53,737 nt of DNA from a virus (Duplodnaviria; Caudoviricetes), in the IMG/VR virus record IMGVR_UViG_3300002092_000056, positions 1 through 53,737 of that record. One strand, written 5' to 3'. This document shows positions 8,234-17,307 of the stretch, one piece after another. The notes under the pieces were generated by a model. That model ran no database searches and had not been told where the DNA came from. It saw only the letters and a program-made list of their open reading frames with translations. Position 1 is the stretch's first letter; each line of letters opens with the position of its first letter. The position numbers were made by a program, and so were the translations under genes.

Positions 8234-10474
8234 TCAGATGCCTGAGCCCGTGGAGAGTTTGAGGTTTTCTTCTGCAGCAAAGAGTTCCTTCTTGCCACGT
8301 TCGCGAAGGGCGGTGTCGGCCAGCTTGGCCTTGATCTGCTCCAGGCTTAGGTGCTGGGTGTTGGCCATCTTCAGCATTTCGATCTCTCGGTTCATCTGAA
8401 GTTCGACCATTGTCGCGTCGTGGTTGAGCTGGGCGATTTGCTGACGTGTCTGCAGCTCGGCCATGTCGCCCTGGTTCTGGGCCTGCGCTTTGGCCTGATC
8501 GGCTTGAGCTCGAATCTGTGCTGCCTGGATGCGTGGGTCCGGCGCGGCTTGCTGGGGGTTCGCGGCTGCAGCGGCTTGCTGTTCCTTGATTTTCTCCAGC
8601 TCGTCCTCGGACTTAAGCACTTCGGTCGGGTCGATGTGCTGCGCCTGCAGCGCTTTCTCAAACAGCTTTTGCGTGTCGATGTAGGCGCCGTACACGGGGT
8701 TGGCGCCAGCGGCCAGCAGGTTCAGGAAAGCCTGGTTCTGAATGTCGCGGACCAGCAAAGCCGATGAGCCTCGGGCGTCGATGTTGAAGTCGCCCTTCAC
8801 CTCTTCGTCCTCGTTGTACATCATGTTGTAGTCATAGTAGCGGCGGATGTGCGGGCGCGTGATCATGTCGTCAAACTGCTTGACCAGGCGGCGCAGCACG
8901 ACGTTGGCGCTGTTCATCAGCATCTGCATGCCACCGACAGTGTCTGGCGCTGCGCCCTTCTCGCCCTGCATGATCGTTGGCACGCCGGTTTCTTGGTCGG
9001 CCAACTCCATGGCCATCTTGATGATGGCGGCCAACTCGGCCTGGTAGCTGTTGAACTCGACCGCCGTGAAGGCTTTGCGCACGTCGTCCACCTCGTCGGT
9101 GGCAAACCAGATTTTGCGGCTGGACAATTGCCACTGCTTGTCGGCCGGCTGGATCGCGCCAGCCTTGATGATGATTTGAGGGCCTGAGCTCACGCCGGCG
9201 TTGTCCATCATCTGGCGCCAGGCTGCGTTCAGCACGCGTTGCTGGGCGCGCATCAGGTACGGGATGCCATAGCCCCACACGCTGTTGGAGACTTTCTCCC
9301 AAACGTAGAAGTCGTATGGCAGCTCGCCGCCTTCAAGCGGGTTCATGAAAGTCTTGACGACCGTGTTGTTGATCATCACGACGCAAGCGCTCACGCTGCG
9401 CAGCTCATCCTTTTCGCCGACCTTCATGCCTGCAGATTCCAGGTCGTCGTGATCGACTTCGCCCCAGTAGGTCCACATCTCGTAGGTGTCGCGCGCAGTG
9501 TCGCGCTGGTCGTCGTCCTTGAGTTCTTGGAACGTGGCCGACTTTCTTGGACCTTCTTCCAGCACCTTGCGCAGTTGGTCCTTCATGAAACCTGGCTGTT
9601 TGGCCAGCTCGCGCACCTGACGTGACGTCATCTGCTCGCGCTCGTAAATGCCTTTGCCGTGGTGGATGCTGTCGCCGCAGCCTGGGTCTGGCCAGACGTT
9701 GCGCGGGTCAATGCTGAACGACGCGGGGCTCACCTCTTGGACGATCTCCATTTGGTGAACCAGGTTGCCTTGCATGTCCTTGTATGGCTGCCAGGCTTTG
9801 CGTGTGCGATTGGTGACGATCGGGCCCTTGATCACGCCGGTGCCCAGCACTGCGGCGTTGTGGATCACCTTGCGCATCTCGCCGTTGTAGTCGCACTCGG
9901 ACAGCTGGTCCTCGATCTCAGTTTGCATGGCCTTGGCTTTGTCGCGTGCCACCTGCATCGCTGCCCTGGCAATATCGCGCATGCGCAAAGGCTGCTGAGT
10001 CTCGGGGTGCAGCAAAGGTTCACCGGTGTCTTTGTCGCCGGCCATTTGCGTGTCACGCCCCATGCTCATGAGAGTTGGCTTGGGCGTTGGCTGAATGCCC
10101 CAATTGCGGTCGTCGGTTGGCAACAAGATGTCGGCCACTCGGGCCTCGGCCGCGTTCGACTTCTGACGGGTCAAGCCGATGAACACCGTGGACCGGTGGG
10201 GCTTGGCGTTTTGCGTGGTCACCGGGTAACCCTGCTCCACGCTGGTCATCATCTGGCTGGCCGCCTTGTTGACGTTGTCCTTGGCGTTGTACTGATCCTC
10301 GTCTTCGAGCCAGCGCTTGTCGACGCCAAAGCTGTAACGGCTGCGCACCCACTCATCGCGTTGCTGGGCCATGCTGTGGCCAAAAGCCTGAAGGCGTTCT
10401 TCGTTCTTCTGCTTCTCCATCTCGGGGTCCATGACCTCGACCTCGACGTCGATCTGTTGGGCTTGTGGGTGCAT
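8234..10474 (-). CDS. Portal protein
   Basis: 746 aa after terminase; GTGVIKGP, WGYGIP and ETGVP..MQG patterns, Gln-rich C-terminal barrel as in P22-like portals. Confidence 0.9.
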   Translation of the reverse strand: MHPQAQQIDVEVEVMDPEMEKQKNEERLQAFGHSMAQQRDEWVRSRYSFGVDKRWLEDEDQYNAKDNVNKAASQMMTSVEQGYPVTTQNAKPHRSTVFIGLTRQKSNAAEARVADILLPTDDRNWGIQPTPKPTLMSMGRDTQMAGDKDTGEPLLHPETQQPLRMRDIARAAMQVARDKAKAMQTEIEDQLSECDYNGEMRKVIHNAAVLGTGVIKGPIVTNRTRKAWQPYKDMQGNLVHQMEIVQEVSPASFSIDPRNVWPDPGCGDSIHHGKGIYEREQMTSRQVRELAKQPGFMKDQLRKVLEEGPRKSATFQELKDDDQRDTARDTYEMWTYWGEVDHDDLESAGMKVGEKDELRSVSACVVMINNTVVKTFMNPLEGGELPYDFYVWEKVSNSVWGYGIPYLMRAQQRVLNAAWRQMMDNAGVSSGPQIIIKAGAIQPADKQWQLSSRKIWFATDEVDDVRKAFTAVEFNSYQAELAAIIKMAMELADQETGVPTIMQGEKGAAPDTVGGMQMLMNSANVVLRRLVKQFDDMITRPHIRRYYDYNMMYNEDEEVKGDFNIDARGSSALLVRDIQNQAFLNLLAAGANPVYGAYIDTQKLFEKALQAQHIDPTEVLKSEDELEKIKEQQAAAAANPQQAAPDPRIQAAQIRAQADQAKAQAQNQGDMAELQTRQQIAQLNHDATMVELQMNREIEMLKMANTQHLSLEQIKAKLADTALRERGKKELFAAEENLKLSTGSGI

Positions 10475-10487
10475 GTTGATTCCTGAG

Positions 10488-10736
10488 TTATGTGCGTCGG
10501 CCGGCCATCATTTGGCCAGCGATTATCCCGCTATTGGAAACTGGCGTGGCGACCGGACCTGCGCCCGTTGGCCCAGCGCTGACCGCAGTTGCGCCAACTG
10601 CGCCCTTCAGCGGAACGCCGGGGGCTTGCAATCCAGTCGGCGCAGGCAAAGCGCCTTGCAGGTTGGGGTCTTGCTTGGCTGCGTTGGCTTTGGCCACTTG
10701 GCCCATGTTGGCCAGGGTGATTTCGTTGGGTTGCAT
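10488..10736 (-). CDS. Hypothetical low-complexity protein
   Basis: MQPNEITLANM..., Pro/Gly/Ala-rich, fills the terminase-portal gap. Confidence 0.55.
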   Translation of the reverse strand: MQPNEITLANMGQVAKANAAKQDPNLQGALPAPTGLQAPGVPLKGAVGATAVSAGPTGAGPVATPVSNSGIIAGQMMAGRRT

Positions 10737-10737
10737 G

Positions 10738-12216
10738 TCAGTATCCAATCGTTTCATCAAAGACGCCAAACGCTGGAACCGAGGGCATGCGGTTGCCCCT
10801 GATGCGAACCTCGGCCTCTTCCTGCGTTTTGGCCTTGCGTTTCATCATCATGCCGTATCGCGTGGCAGCCAATAAGTCGTCGTTGCGGTCCACGATCAGG
10901 CCGTCCTTGCGGTGGTAGAGCCGGAACTCCTCGAACCAATCCTCAAGGTGCGAAAAAACTTTCAGGCGCATGGTCTGCATGCGGGTCAGCATCTCAGACA
11001 CACCGGCCTCCAAGCCGTTGCTGCCGTCGTCAAACGTCGCCCGGTCTGGCAGCATGGCCAGGCCTTGGTCTTTGTACTGTTTGGCCAGCTGCTCGCCGGA
11101 TCCCTTGTCACGCTGCAGGCCGTCGTGCGGCCATGAGACTGGAACCCAGTCGCCGCGCGCCCGGATCGCCGCAGCGTGGATCGCGATGCTGGCATTCTTT
11201 TGCCTGTAGCAATCGGTCACGTAAAGCGTGTCGCTGTCTCGGTCCCATGCCAACCAGGCCACGGCCGTTGGGTGGTCGATGCCGAAGTCCAGGCCGATGA
11301 TGCGCGGCCAATAAGGCGGGATCGGAAAGCTGCGGCACTTGATCGCCTCTTCGACAATCGGGAACACGCGGCCTGAGCCCAAAATCGGAATGCCCTTGGC
11401 GCGTGCATCGCGTTCGTGCTCTGGATAGCTGGCGATGATGGCGTCAGCCTGTTCGGGCGTGTAGTGCTCAGCATCGCTGATCGTCATGTTCGTGACGTTC
11501 GAGCCTGCGGGCTTTTCCAGCAAGAACCGCTTGACCACTTCGGACATGCCGAGCAATGGCGTGAAGGTCACGAAGACCTGGCCGCCCGTTGCGTTGGTGC
11601 GGGTCAGGCCTTCAGAGTAGATGGGCAGCGGCGGCTCTTCGTCGAACCACACGCCGTCGACCGTGTCGGCCTGCCACTTGGTGCGGCCCTGGTCGTAGCT
11701 GTTGAACTGGATCACCGAGTTCTCGCCACTGATGTGCCTGACCACAATGCTGGACACCGCATCGGGCACACCTTGCTTCATGCTGGTGTCCTTGATGCAG
11801 TCGTATGGAATGGCGCCAGTGCCCCATTCCTCGCGCATCTCGGGCGGGCCAAGCAGCAAACGCTGAATGCCCTTGCGCGTCAACTCCGATGACTCAGAGC
11901 CAACCATCCAGCGCGTGGCATGCGGGTATCGCTTGCCTTTCCAGTCGGGCGGGTATCTGCCAGTGACGTGCATGGCGACCTCGAAGGCGCCGGCCCAGGT
12001 CTTGCCAAGCTGGTTGCCTGCCATGAACAAGCGTTCGCGGAACGTCGCGCCGGCGTCATGGAAGGCCACCTGCTTTGCGTAAGGCGCATAAGCGGCCAAG
12101 CGGTTGCGCTTGGCCCTGATGTCCTTGATGCGCATGAGCTCATAGACTTGGATCTTCTCTTCCTGATTCAGCAGGCTGAGGTCAATCTTGGACAGATCCA
12201 GGTCGTCGAGTTTCAT
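10738..12216 (-). CDS. terL: Terminase large subunit (P22 gp2-like)
   Basis: Walker A MAGNQLGKT, Walker B WFDEEP, TFTP motif, nuclease GLDFGIDHPTA and DDLLAATRY. Confidence 0.95.
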   Translation of the reverse strand: MKLDDLDLSKIDLSLLNQEEKIQVYELMRIKDIRAKRNRLAAYAPYAKQVAFHDAGATFRERLFMAGNQLGKTWAGAFEVAMHVTGRYPPDWKGKRYPHATRWMVGSESSELTRKGIQRLLLGPPEMREEWGTGAIPYDCIKDTSMKQGVPDAVSSIVVRHISGENSVIQFNSYDQGRTKWQADTVDGVWFDEEPPLPIYSEGLTRTNATGGQVFVTFTPLLGMSEVVKRFLLEKPAGSNVTNMTISDAEHYTPEQADAIIASYPEHERDARAKGIPILGSGRVFPIVEEAIKCRSFPIPPYWPRIIGLDFGIDHPTAVAWLAWDRDSDTLYVTDCYRQKNASIAIHAAAIRARGDWVPVSWPHDGLQRDKGSGEQLAKQYKDQGLAMLPDRATFDDGSNGLEAGVSEMLTRMQTMRLKVFSHLEDWFEEFRLYHRKDGLIVDRNDDLLAATRYGMMMKRKAKTQEEAEVRIRGNRMPSVPAFGVFDETIGY

Positions 12217-12674
12217 CGCTTAGCCGCCTTGGCAAGCAGAGAGACTAAGCGGTCGTCGAGCTGCTCGTTGGTGAGCTCCAGGTTGCCGGAGACCTTCATC
12301 TCTACGCTCTTGAGCTTGGGCTGCGTGTACTGCAGCAGCTCGTTCAGTGTGCGCAGCTTGGTGTCGTCGTCCAGGGCCGGGACCATCAACGGCTTCTTTG
12401 TCTTTGGGTCGATCTTGGGTTTGCCGTTTGAGTCAAGGACCGGGATCTCTTTCTTCAAGATCTTGATCATCTCAATGGCTGGATCGAGACCCTCAGCGAT
12501 GAGGGCCTCGGATACAGCGCGCAAGTTCATCCCCATGGGCTTTTTGCTTGATCGGCTGACAGCGTACTTGCGGCTGGGCTTGGCTGCGGTTGAGCGCTCC
12601 AAGTCGTCCAGCGTCGCAAGCTTTGGCGGCGCGCCGGCCAGGTCAGCGTGACGCGCGTTTATCTGTTTTGCCAT
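12213..12674 (-). CDS. Putative terminase small subunit
   Basis: About 153 aa overlapping the terL start; LLQY..PKLKSVE and LTNEQLD tail. Confidence 0.6.
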   Translation of the reverse strand: MAKQINARHADLAGAPPKLATLDDLERSTAAKPSRKYAVSRSSKKPMGMNLRAVSEALIAEGLDPAIEMIKILKKEIPVLDSNGKPKIDPKTKKPLMVPALDDDTKLRTLNELLQYTQPKLKSVEMKVSGNLELTNEQLDDRLVSLLAKAAKR

Positions 12675-12825
12675 CTTGCATTGCCTTTTTGATGATGCCG
12701 CTGCCCGCGTCTGCTTTGTTGAAGTCACGGCCGACCGACTCAGGCACGCCAACCTTCTTTGCGAAGGCTGGGTTGTGAGCGACGGCGGCCATGAACCGCG
12801 CTTGCTTGGCGGACGTGCTGGGCAT
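12643..12825 (-). CDS. Small basic hypothetical protein
   Basis: MPSTSAKQARFMAAVAHNPAFAKKVGVP, translationally coupled to neighbours. Confidence 0.7.
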   Translation of the reverse strand: MPSTSAKQARFMAAVAHNPAFAKKVGVPESVGRDFNKADAGSGIIKKAMQDGKTDKRASR

Positions 12826-13058
12826 CAGATCATGCCGTTGATCAAGCCAGCGTTAAAGCCGGGAGGAGTCTTGGCTGTGCCGCCTTTGTAAGGCGTCTGA
12901 TTGGTGTTCGTGCCTGGCAGAGGGACGGACACTTTGCTGGGCAACACGCCAGCGCCCTGGGTTGCGTTACCGCCACCGCCGATGGCTGCGCCAGTTTTCA
13001 TGGGGTTACCGGCTGCGCGCATGGTGTTGCGGCTGGCTGGGTTTGAATAGTCTTGCAT
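12825..13058 (-). CDS. Hypothetical protein
   Basis: 77 aa with AAGGAG RBS. Confidence 0.65.
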   Translation of the reverse strand: MQDYSNPASRNTMRAAGNPMKTGAAIGGGGNATQGAGVLPSKVSVPLPGTNTNQTPYKGGTAKTPPGFNAGLINGMI

Positions 13059-13074
13059 GGATAGCTCCTTGTGA

Positions 13075-13317
13075 TTAGGCCATCAGGCCGGGTTGGGGTT
13101 TGCGGGCTTGGGCTTCCTGGTTCCACATCTGACCGTAGTCTTCAGGGCCTTCGGTTGCTTGCTCTTGCGGGCTCTCGCCGCCTTCTTCTGCCAGCATCTT
13201 GTCGACGTACTGGCGGCACTCGTCAATGCTGCTGCACTTGTATGGCTCTTGCATTTCGTCCGAAGCGACGGTGATCGTGCCGTCGTCTTCCATTGTGATC
13301 GTGATGGTTTTGGCCAT
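13075..13317 (-). CDS. Hypothetical acidic protein, first gene of the packaging operon
   Basis: MAKTITITMEDDG..., GGAG RBS. Confidence 0.65.
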   Translation of the reverse strand: MAKTITITMEDDGTITVASDEMQEPYKCSSIDECRQYVDKMLAEEGGESPQEQATEGPEDYGQMWNQEAQARKPQPGLMA

Positions 13318-13337
13318 GGTGGGGGTCTCCGAGAATG

Positions 13338-13440
13338 AAAAAAGCCACCTTGAGGGGTGGCTGAGGTTTGGGAGTTTGGCGCCTTTTTCAACGCGCACGG
13401 GCCCCCCGAGATAGTAGCCGAAACGTGTTTGCCTCGTCAA
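13338..13440 (-). promoter_or_regulatory. Late promoter, short leader and terminator
   Basis: TTGACG-18-TACTAT, then GGGGCCCGTGCGC, then AGCCACC-CCTCAA-GGTGGCT-TTTTT. Confidence 0.7.
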
Positions 13441-13482
13441 GTGCTGAAAAACCAGAAAATTAAAATAAATTTTAAGCAAATT

Positions 13483-13857
13483 TTATTCATTGGAAAAAGT
13501 AAAAATTGGTTGATTGCGGACCAAATGTGGAAATTTGTAGCTCATTTCTTCTTTTGTAAAGTGGTGGGGGGCGGGCGCGCTGTTGACCAATTGCTTTCCG
13601 TAGCTTTTGATCAACTTTCCCTCAATAATGTTTTTTAATCTCCGGTCATCCGTTACCAACCACGGCTCAAAAATCGGTTTAAAGCCAAGGTTTTTTAAGG
13701 CTTCGCGCCAGGCGCCGTAGCTGCCGCCAAAGACGGTGCTGCAGCTTGCGTGTTCGTATTTGCGGCGTTCAAAATTTTTGGTTTGGCCAACGTATTTGAT
13801 CTCCTCGGTTTTAGGATCTCGTAAAACGTACACCCCGCCTAATATTTCTTTTTTCAT
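13483..13857 (-). CDS. GIY-YIG nuclease (free-standing homing endonuclease-like)
   Basis: GVY-x11-YVGQT..R...H and downstream E; AT-rich relative to neighbours. Confidence 0.85.
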   Translation of the reverse strand: MKKEILGGVYVLRDPKTEEIKYVGQTKNFERRKYEHASCSTVFGGSYGAWREALKNLGFKPIFEPWLVTDDRRLKNIIEGKLIKSYGKQLVNSAPAPHHFTKEEMSYKFPHLVRNQPIFTFSNE

Positions 13858-13933
13858 GTCGCAATTTTGCCTTGTACTTACGAATGTTGTGTTGTAATTT
13901 TGCAACATTTGTAAAAATATTTTATTTTCGTAA

Positions 13934-13961
13934 TTGACAGTGACTGTCATTGTGCTACATT
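13934..13961 (+). promoter_or_regulatory. Early promoter with overlapping palindromic operator
   Basis: TTGACA-16-TACATT with TG extension and upstream AT tract; TGACAG-TGA-CTGTCA palindrome at 13935-13949. Confidence 0.7.
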
Positions 13962-14103
13962 TGAGTTGTGGTCATTAACGACCCACCCCGAAGGACCAGG
14001 GGGATACAAAAAGGGAACCAGCCGATTACAGAGTACCGACCAGGGAAATAAAAGGCCAGACCGCTAAGACTCAGTCCCCCAGACTGCCGAGTGCGAAGGA
14101 AGA

Positions 14104-14160
14104 CCAAAGAGCAGCGTGCTGTTCTTTGGCGGCGTATCCAGGCGGCCGTAACAGCTTGGT
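14104..14160 (+). repeat. Structured leader element, copy 1
   Basis: Hairpin with CGTG loop plus GGCGGCGTATCCAGGCGGCCG..AACAGCTTGGT; repeated at 14685-14742. Confidence 0.75.
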
Positions 14161-14176
14161 TCTTTTGGAGATCGAT

Positions 14177-14371
14177 ATGCCAGTTGTTTTCTTGACCATC
14201 AAAATCGTTTACGGCGTTCCTAAAATTTACCCGGCCGACGGTAACCTGACCGCAAATCGGCTTGCCCGGCTCGTTGGCGCCAAGACTTTCAACGCAACTC
14301 AAGTTGCCGACATCAAGGCCCTCGGCTTTGAAATTCAATACAACGACGCGTACACCGACGCTCAAATTTAA
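14177..14371 (+). CDS. Early hypothetical protein
   Basis: GGAG RBS; ..VYG..KIYP....A..LA.L.G.KT...IKALGFEI. Confidence 0.7.
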   Translation: MPVVFLTIKIVYGVPKIYPADGNLTANRLARLVGAKTFNATQVADIKALGFEIQYNDAYTDAQI

Positions 14372-14381
14372 GGAGCTAATC

Positions 14382-14567
14382 ATGGACATCAAAAAAGCAA
14401 TTCAAATCATCAACGACAAACGCCAGGTCTACGGCATGAGCCTGCTTGACATGGCGATCGTGATGAAAGAGATGTTGGACAACGATGAGTTGGACAACCA
14501 AGAAGCCGCTGCCATCCGCGTGTTTATGCGGGAAGGCCGCACATTGTTCGCACCTACAGGAGCTTGA
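14382..14567 (+). CDS. Early hypothetical protein
   Basis: AAGGAG RBS, MDIKKAIQ... Confidence 0.7.
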   Translation: MDIKKAIQIINDKRQVYGMSLLDMAIVMKEMLDNDELDNQEAAAIRVFMREGRTLFAPTGA

Positions 14568-14568
14568 T

Positions 14569-14664
14569 ATGCAAAAACTGCTTGACCGTTACAACGTTTA
14601 CGTGGCCTGTGCCGAGTCTCTCGGCTGGCCAATCAAATCATTTGAGGAGTGGCTCAACTCCTAA
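14569..14664 (+). CDS. 31-aa early peptide
   Basis: AGGAG RBS; MQKLLDRYNVYVACAESLGWPIKSFEEWLNS; below the ORF-track cutoff. Confidence 0.65.
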   Translation: MQKLLDRYNVYVACAESLGWPIKSFEEWLNS

Positions 14665-14684
14665 CCCCCAGGGCTTCGGCCCTT

Positions 14685-14742
14685 CCAATGCCCGGCGTGC
14701 TCGGCATTGGCGGCGTATCCAGGCGGCCGACAACAGCTTGGT
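14685..14742 (+). repeat. Structured leader element, copy 2
   Basis: Same loop and 3' sequence as 14104-14160, with compensatory stem changes. Confidence 0.75.
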
Positions 14743-14760
14743 ATTTTCAAGGAAACCATC

Positions 14761-15051
14761 ATGGCTAAGAAAATCATTTCCGCCGTCACCAAAGACGACA
14801 TCGACAACCTCGGCTTCTTGTTGGCCGACATCAGCCGCTTGACCGAGCAGGCCGATGAGATCAAGACCCGCTTGAAAAAGGGCGGTGTCGACAGCTACAA
14901 CGGCGACTTGTTCTGCGCCGTGGTCGTCAAGCAAGAACGCACCAGCTACGACCCCCGCAAGGTCGAAGTGATCCTCGGTGACAAGATCAGCCTGGTCGAA
15001 CGCACAATCAGCGTGACCAGCGTGAAGGTCACTGCCCTGAAATCTTTTTGA
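14761..15051 (+). CDS. Early hypothetical protein
   Basis: AAGGA RBS, MAKKIISAVT..., coiled coil followed by beta strands. Confidence 0.7.
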   Translation: MAKKIISAVTKDDIDNLGFLLADISRLTEQADEIKTRLKKGGVDSYNGDLFCAVVVKQERTSYDPRKVEVILGDKISLVERTISVTSVKVTALKSF

Positions 15052-15061
15052 GGAGATCATC

Positions 15062-15232
15062 ATGAGAATCGTTTACCGGGCCGCTTCGGCCACTGTGTTT
15101 TACGACTTTGACTTTGAGGAGTTCATTGTCAGGTTTTACCGCGACGGTGTTTATCTGCCCGAGGCAGATTATTTCACCGACGACCGCACCGACGCCTGCG
15201 CTACGGCCGACGCTTTTGAGGTGGCCGCATGA
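15062..15232 (+). CDS. Early hypothetical protein (56 aa)
   Basis: GAGGAG RBS; MRIVYRAASATVFYDFDFEEFIVRFY...ADYFTDD. Confidence 0.65.
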   Translation: MRIVYRAASATVFYDFDFEEFIVRFYRDGVYLPEADYFTDDRTDACATADAFEVAA

Positions 15233-15390
15233 CCTACACCGACTACCTTTGCCGCTCGCCGGTCTACCCTGTCAAAGTGCAGGCTGTCAAAGACAACAAG
15301 GTGAAGGTCTTCACCATCGAAGCAATCAACGGCGTTGATTTTCGCAAGGCTCTCGTCGAGGCCGGTTTCGCTTACATCCAATTCATCTGA
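15229..15390 (+). CDS. Early hypothetical protein (53 aa)
   Basis: ATGA overlap with the previous gene, GAGGT RBS. Confidence 0.6.
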   Translation: MTYTDYLCRSPVYPVKVQAVKDNKVKVFTIEAINGVDFRKALVEAGFAYIQFI

Positions 15391-15400
15391 GGATCTCACC

Positions 15401-15736
15401 ATGACTGCACCCACCACCTATCTGCGCCGCAAAATCTACGGCGACAAATCCTGGACCGCCAAGACTGCCGAAGAGTTTGATCTCAACGGCCGCACGGCCC
15501 AGCTGGTCGTCAGCACCACCAAGAACGACAGCGGTGTGCTGACCACGTCAGCATCCATCGGTTTTGTTACTGGTCCCGGAGTTGTGACCACCGCGATCTT
15601 CAGCGATTACTTCGCCTGGATCGAACGCACGAAGACACGCTGCACCGAAAAAGCTGTGTCCGAACAACAGGCTCGCGCCGTTGCCAACTGGCCCATCATC
15701 AAGGCCGCTGCTTTTGACTTTTACGCTTCTAAATAA
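15401..15736 (+). CDS. Early hypothetical protein
   Basis: GAGGA RBS, MTAPTTYLRR... Confidence 0.7.
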   Translation: MTAPTTYLRRKIYGDKSWTAKTAEEFDLNGRTAQLVVSTTKNDSGVLTTSASIGFVTGPGVVTTAIFSDYFAWIERTKTRCTEKAVSEQQARAVANWPIIKAAAFDFYASK

Positions 15737-15746
15737 GGAAATCATC

Positions 15747-16607
15747 ATGTACCGCTATTCTTCTTCGCGCGCTGTCGCTCAGTCTTTCCGTTCACAGTCT
15801 CCTTTGTCCAACGATCAGATCGCCCGTTACGCTCCAAGCGTGATGGCTTCTGAAGCCCACGAGTCACGCGGGGATCGCTACGCTTTTATCCCCACCATCG
15901 ACGTGATCGACGGCCTGCGTGACAACGGCTTTCAGCCCTACGAGATCAGCCAGACCAAGGTGCGCGATCAGTCCAAGCGCGAGTTCACCAAGCACATGGT
16001 TCGCCTGCGCCAGGCCGGCGCCAGTGAGTCGGGCGCCGAAGTGCCTGAGATCATCTTGCTCAACAGCCACGACGGCTCGTCCAGCTACCAGCTGCTGTCG
16101 GGCTTCTTTCGCTTCGTGTGCGCCAACGGCCTGATCGCAAGTGACGTTCAAAACGACATCCGCGTGCGCCACTCCGGCAACGTGGTGGACGACGTGATCG
16201 AGGGCGCCACTCGCGTGCTCGACAACCTGGAGCTGGCCAACAACAGCATCGACAGCTTCAAGTCCACCAGCCTGGACTTTGAAGAACAGCTGGTGTTTGC
16301 CAACTCGGCATTGCAGTTGCGCTGGGGTGACAACGCCCCGGTGGTAGCCGAAACCTTGTTGCGCTCGCGCCGCTTTGAAGACCAAAGGTCTGACCTGTGG
16401 ACCACGTTCAACCGGGTTCAAGAAAACCTGCTTCGCGGTGGCCTGAACGGTCGCACCGCAACCAACCGCCGCACCACGACCCGTGCCGTCGGCGGCGTCA
16501 ACGAAAACGTGAAGCTCAACCGCGCTCTGTGGTCCCTTGCCGACGGCATGGCCCAGATCAAGCGTGAGGACGGCTTCATCAACCGCTATGACGAATCCTT
16601 TGCTTAA
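15747..16607 (+). CDS. DUF932/DUF945 family protein
   Basis: APSV.A...HESR..RY.FIPT, TKHM.RLR, PEIILLNSHDGSSSYQ, FRFVC.NG, RR.ED..DLW.TFNRVQEN. Confidence 0.9.
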   Translation: MYRYSSSRAVAQSFRSQSPLSNDQIARYAPSVMASEAHESRGDRYAFIPTIDVIDGLRDNGFQPYEISQTKVRDQSKREFTKHMVRLRQAGASESGAEVPEIILLNSHDGSSSYQLLSGFFRFVCANGLIASDVQNDIRVRHSGNVVDDVIEGATRVLDNLELANNSIDSFKSTSLDFEEQLVFANSALQLRWGDNAPVVAETLLRSRRFEDQRSDLWTTFNRVQENLLRGGLNGRTATNRRTTTRAVGGVNENVKLNRALWSLADGMAQIKREDGFINRYDESFA

Positions 16608-16971
16608 AGGCTCTTCACCCGAAGTGGTCCGTGCCTATCGCCGGTTTGGCTATCTTCGGGACGAATCCTTTCCGGACCTTCCTTTGGACTGCTCAGTTCA
16701 AACTGAAAACAGTTCAATGGAAGACCGGCTTTACGCAAAAGAAATCTTAAAACTTTTAGAAAATGTTTTTGACGATAGGGCAAAAGATATTGTTTTGCTC
16801 TACTACGGTTACGGTTGGACCGACACCGAACTGGCCGAATTTTTTGACGTTTCAAGAGGCCGTATTCAGGTCCTAAGAAACAATTTTTTATTCAAAATGC
16901 GCTTGTATTTAAAAAGGAAATGCCGTGAGTTACAAACCCTGGAATCAAAAACAAATCGATCAAGTCACTGA
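16588..16971 (+). CDS. Sigma-70 region 4-like HTH protein
   Basis: DDRAKDIVLLYYGYGWTDTELAEFFDVSRGRIQ; no recognisable region 2. Confidence 0.7.
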   Translation: MTNPLLKGSSPEVVRAYRRFGYLRDESFPDLPLDCSVQTENSSMEDRLYAKEILKLLENVFDDRAKDIVLLYYGYGWTDTELAEFFDVSRGRIQVLRNNFLFKMRLYLKRKCRELQTLESKTNRSSH

Positions 16972-17047
16972 CAAGGTTTACATCCTTGTCATCATCTTGG
17001 CCTTCGTTGTTCTCTACTTCAACTTCTGTGTCTGGTACCCAAACTGA
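16925..17047 (+). CDS. 40-aa single-pass membrane peptide
   Basis: AAGGA RBS, GTG start; ...DKVYILVIILAFVVLYFNFCVWYPN. Confidence 0.5.
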   Translation: MSYKPWNQKQIDQVTDKVYILVIILAFVVLYFNFCVWYPN

Positions 17048-17181
17048 CCGCCTTCAAGCCGACCATGACTTGCTCTACTCGGCTTTGAAGGCTCTCCTCG
17101 GGTCACTTGAATTTGGCGCCGAGGCCACTACCCGTTTGCGGGCTAAAAACAAAGCGCGTCGCGCGCTTGCTGGAGTTGCGA

Positions 17182-17307
17182 ATGTTCCATCCTCTACGCG
17201 TTTGCACAAAGTGCAATCGTGAACGTGTCCCCGAAGGGGGCGTCGAAACCAAGCCCGGCCGCTGGTACTGCGCCAGCTGCTGGTCTTCATACACCCAAAG
17301 AAAATGA
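17182..17307 (+). CDS. 41-aa zinc-ribbon peptide
   Basis: GGAG RBS; CTKC...WYCASC; ATGA coupling to the next gene. Confidence 0.6.
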   Translation: MFHPLRVCTKCNRERVPEGGVETKPGRWYCASCWSSYTQRK

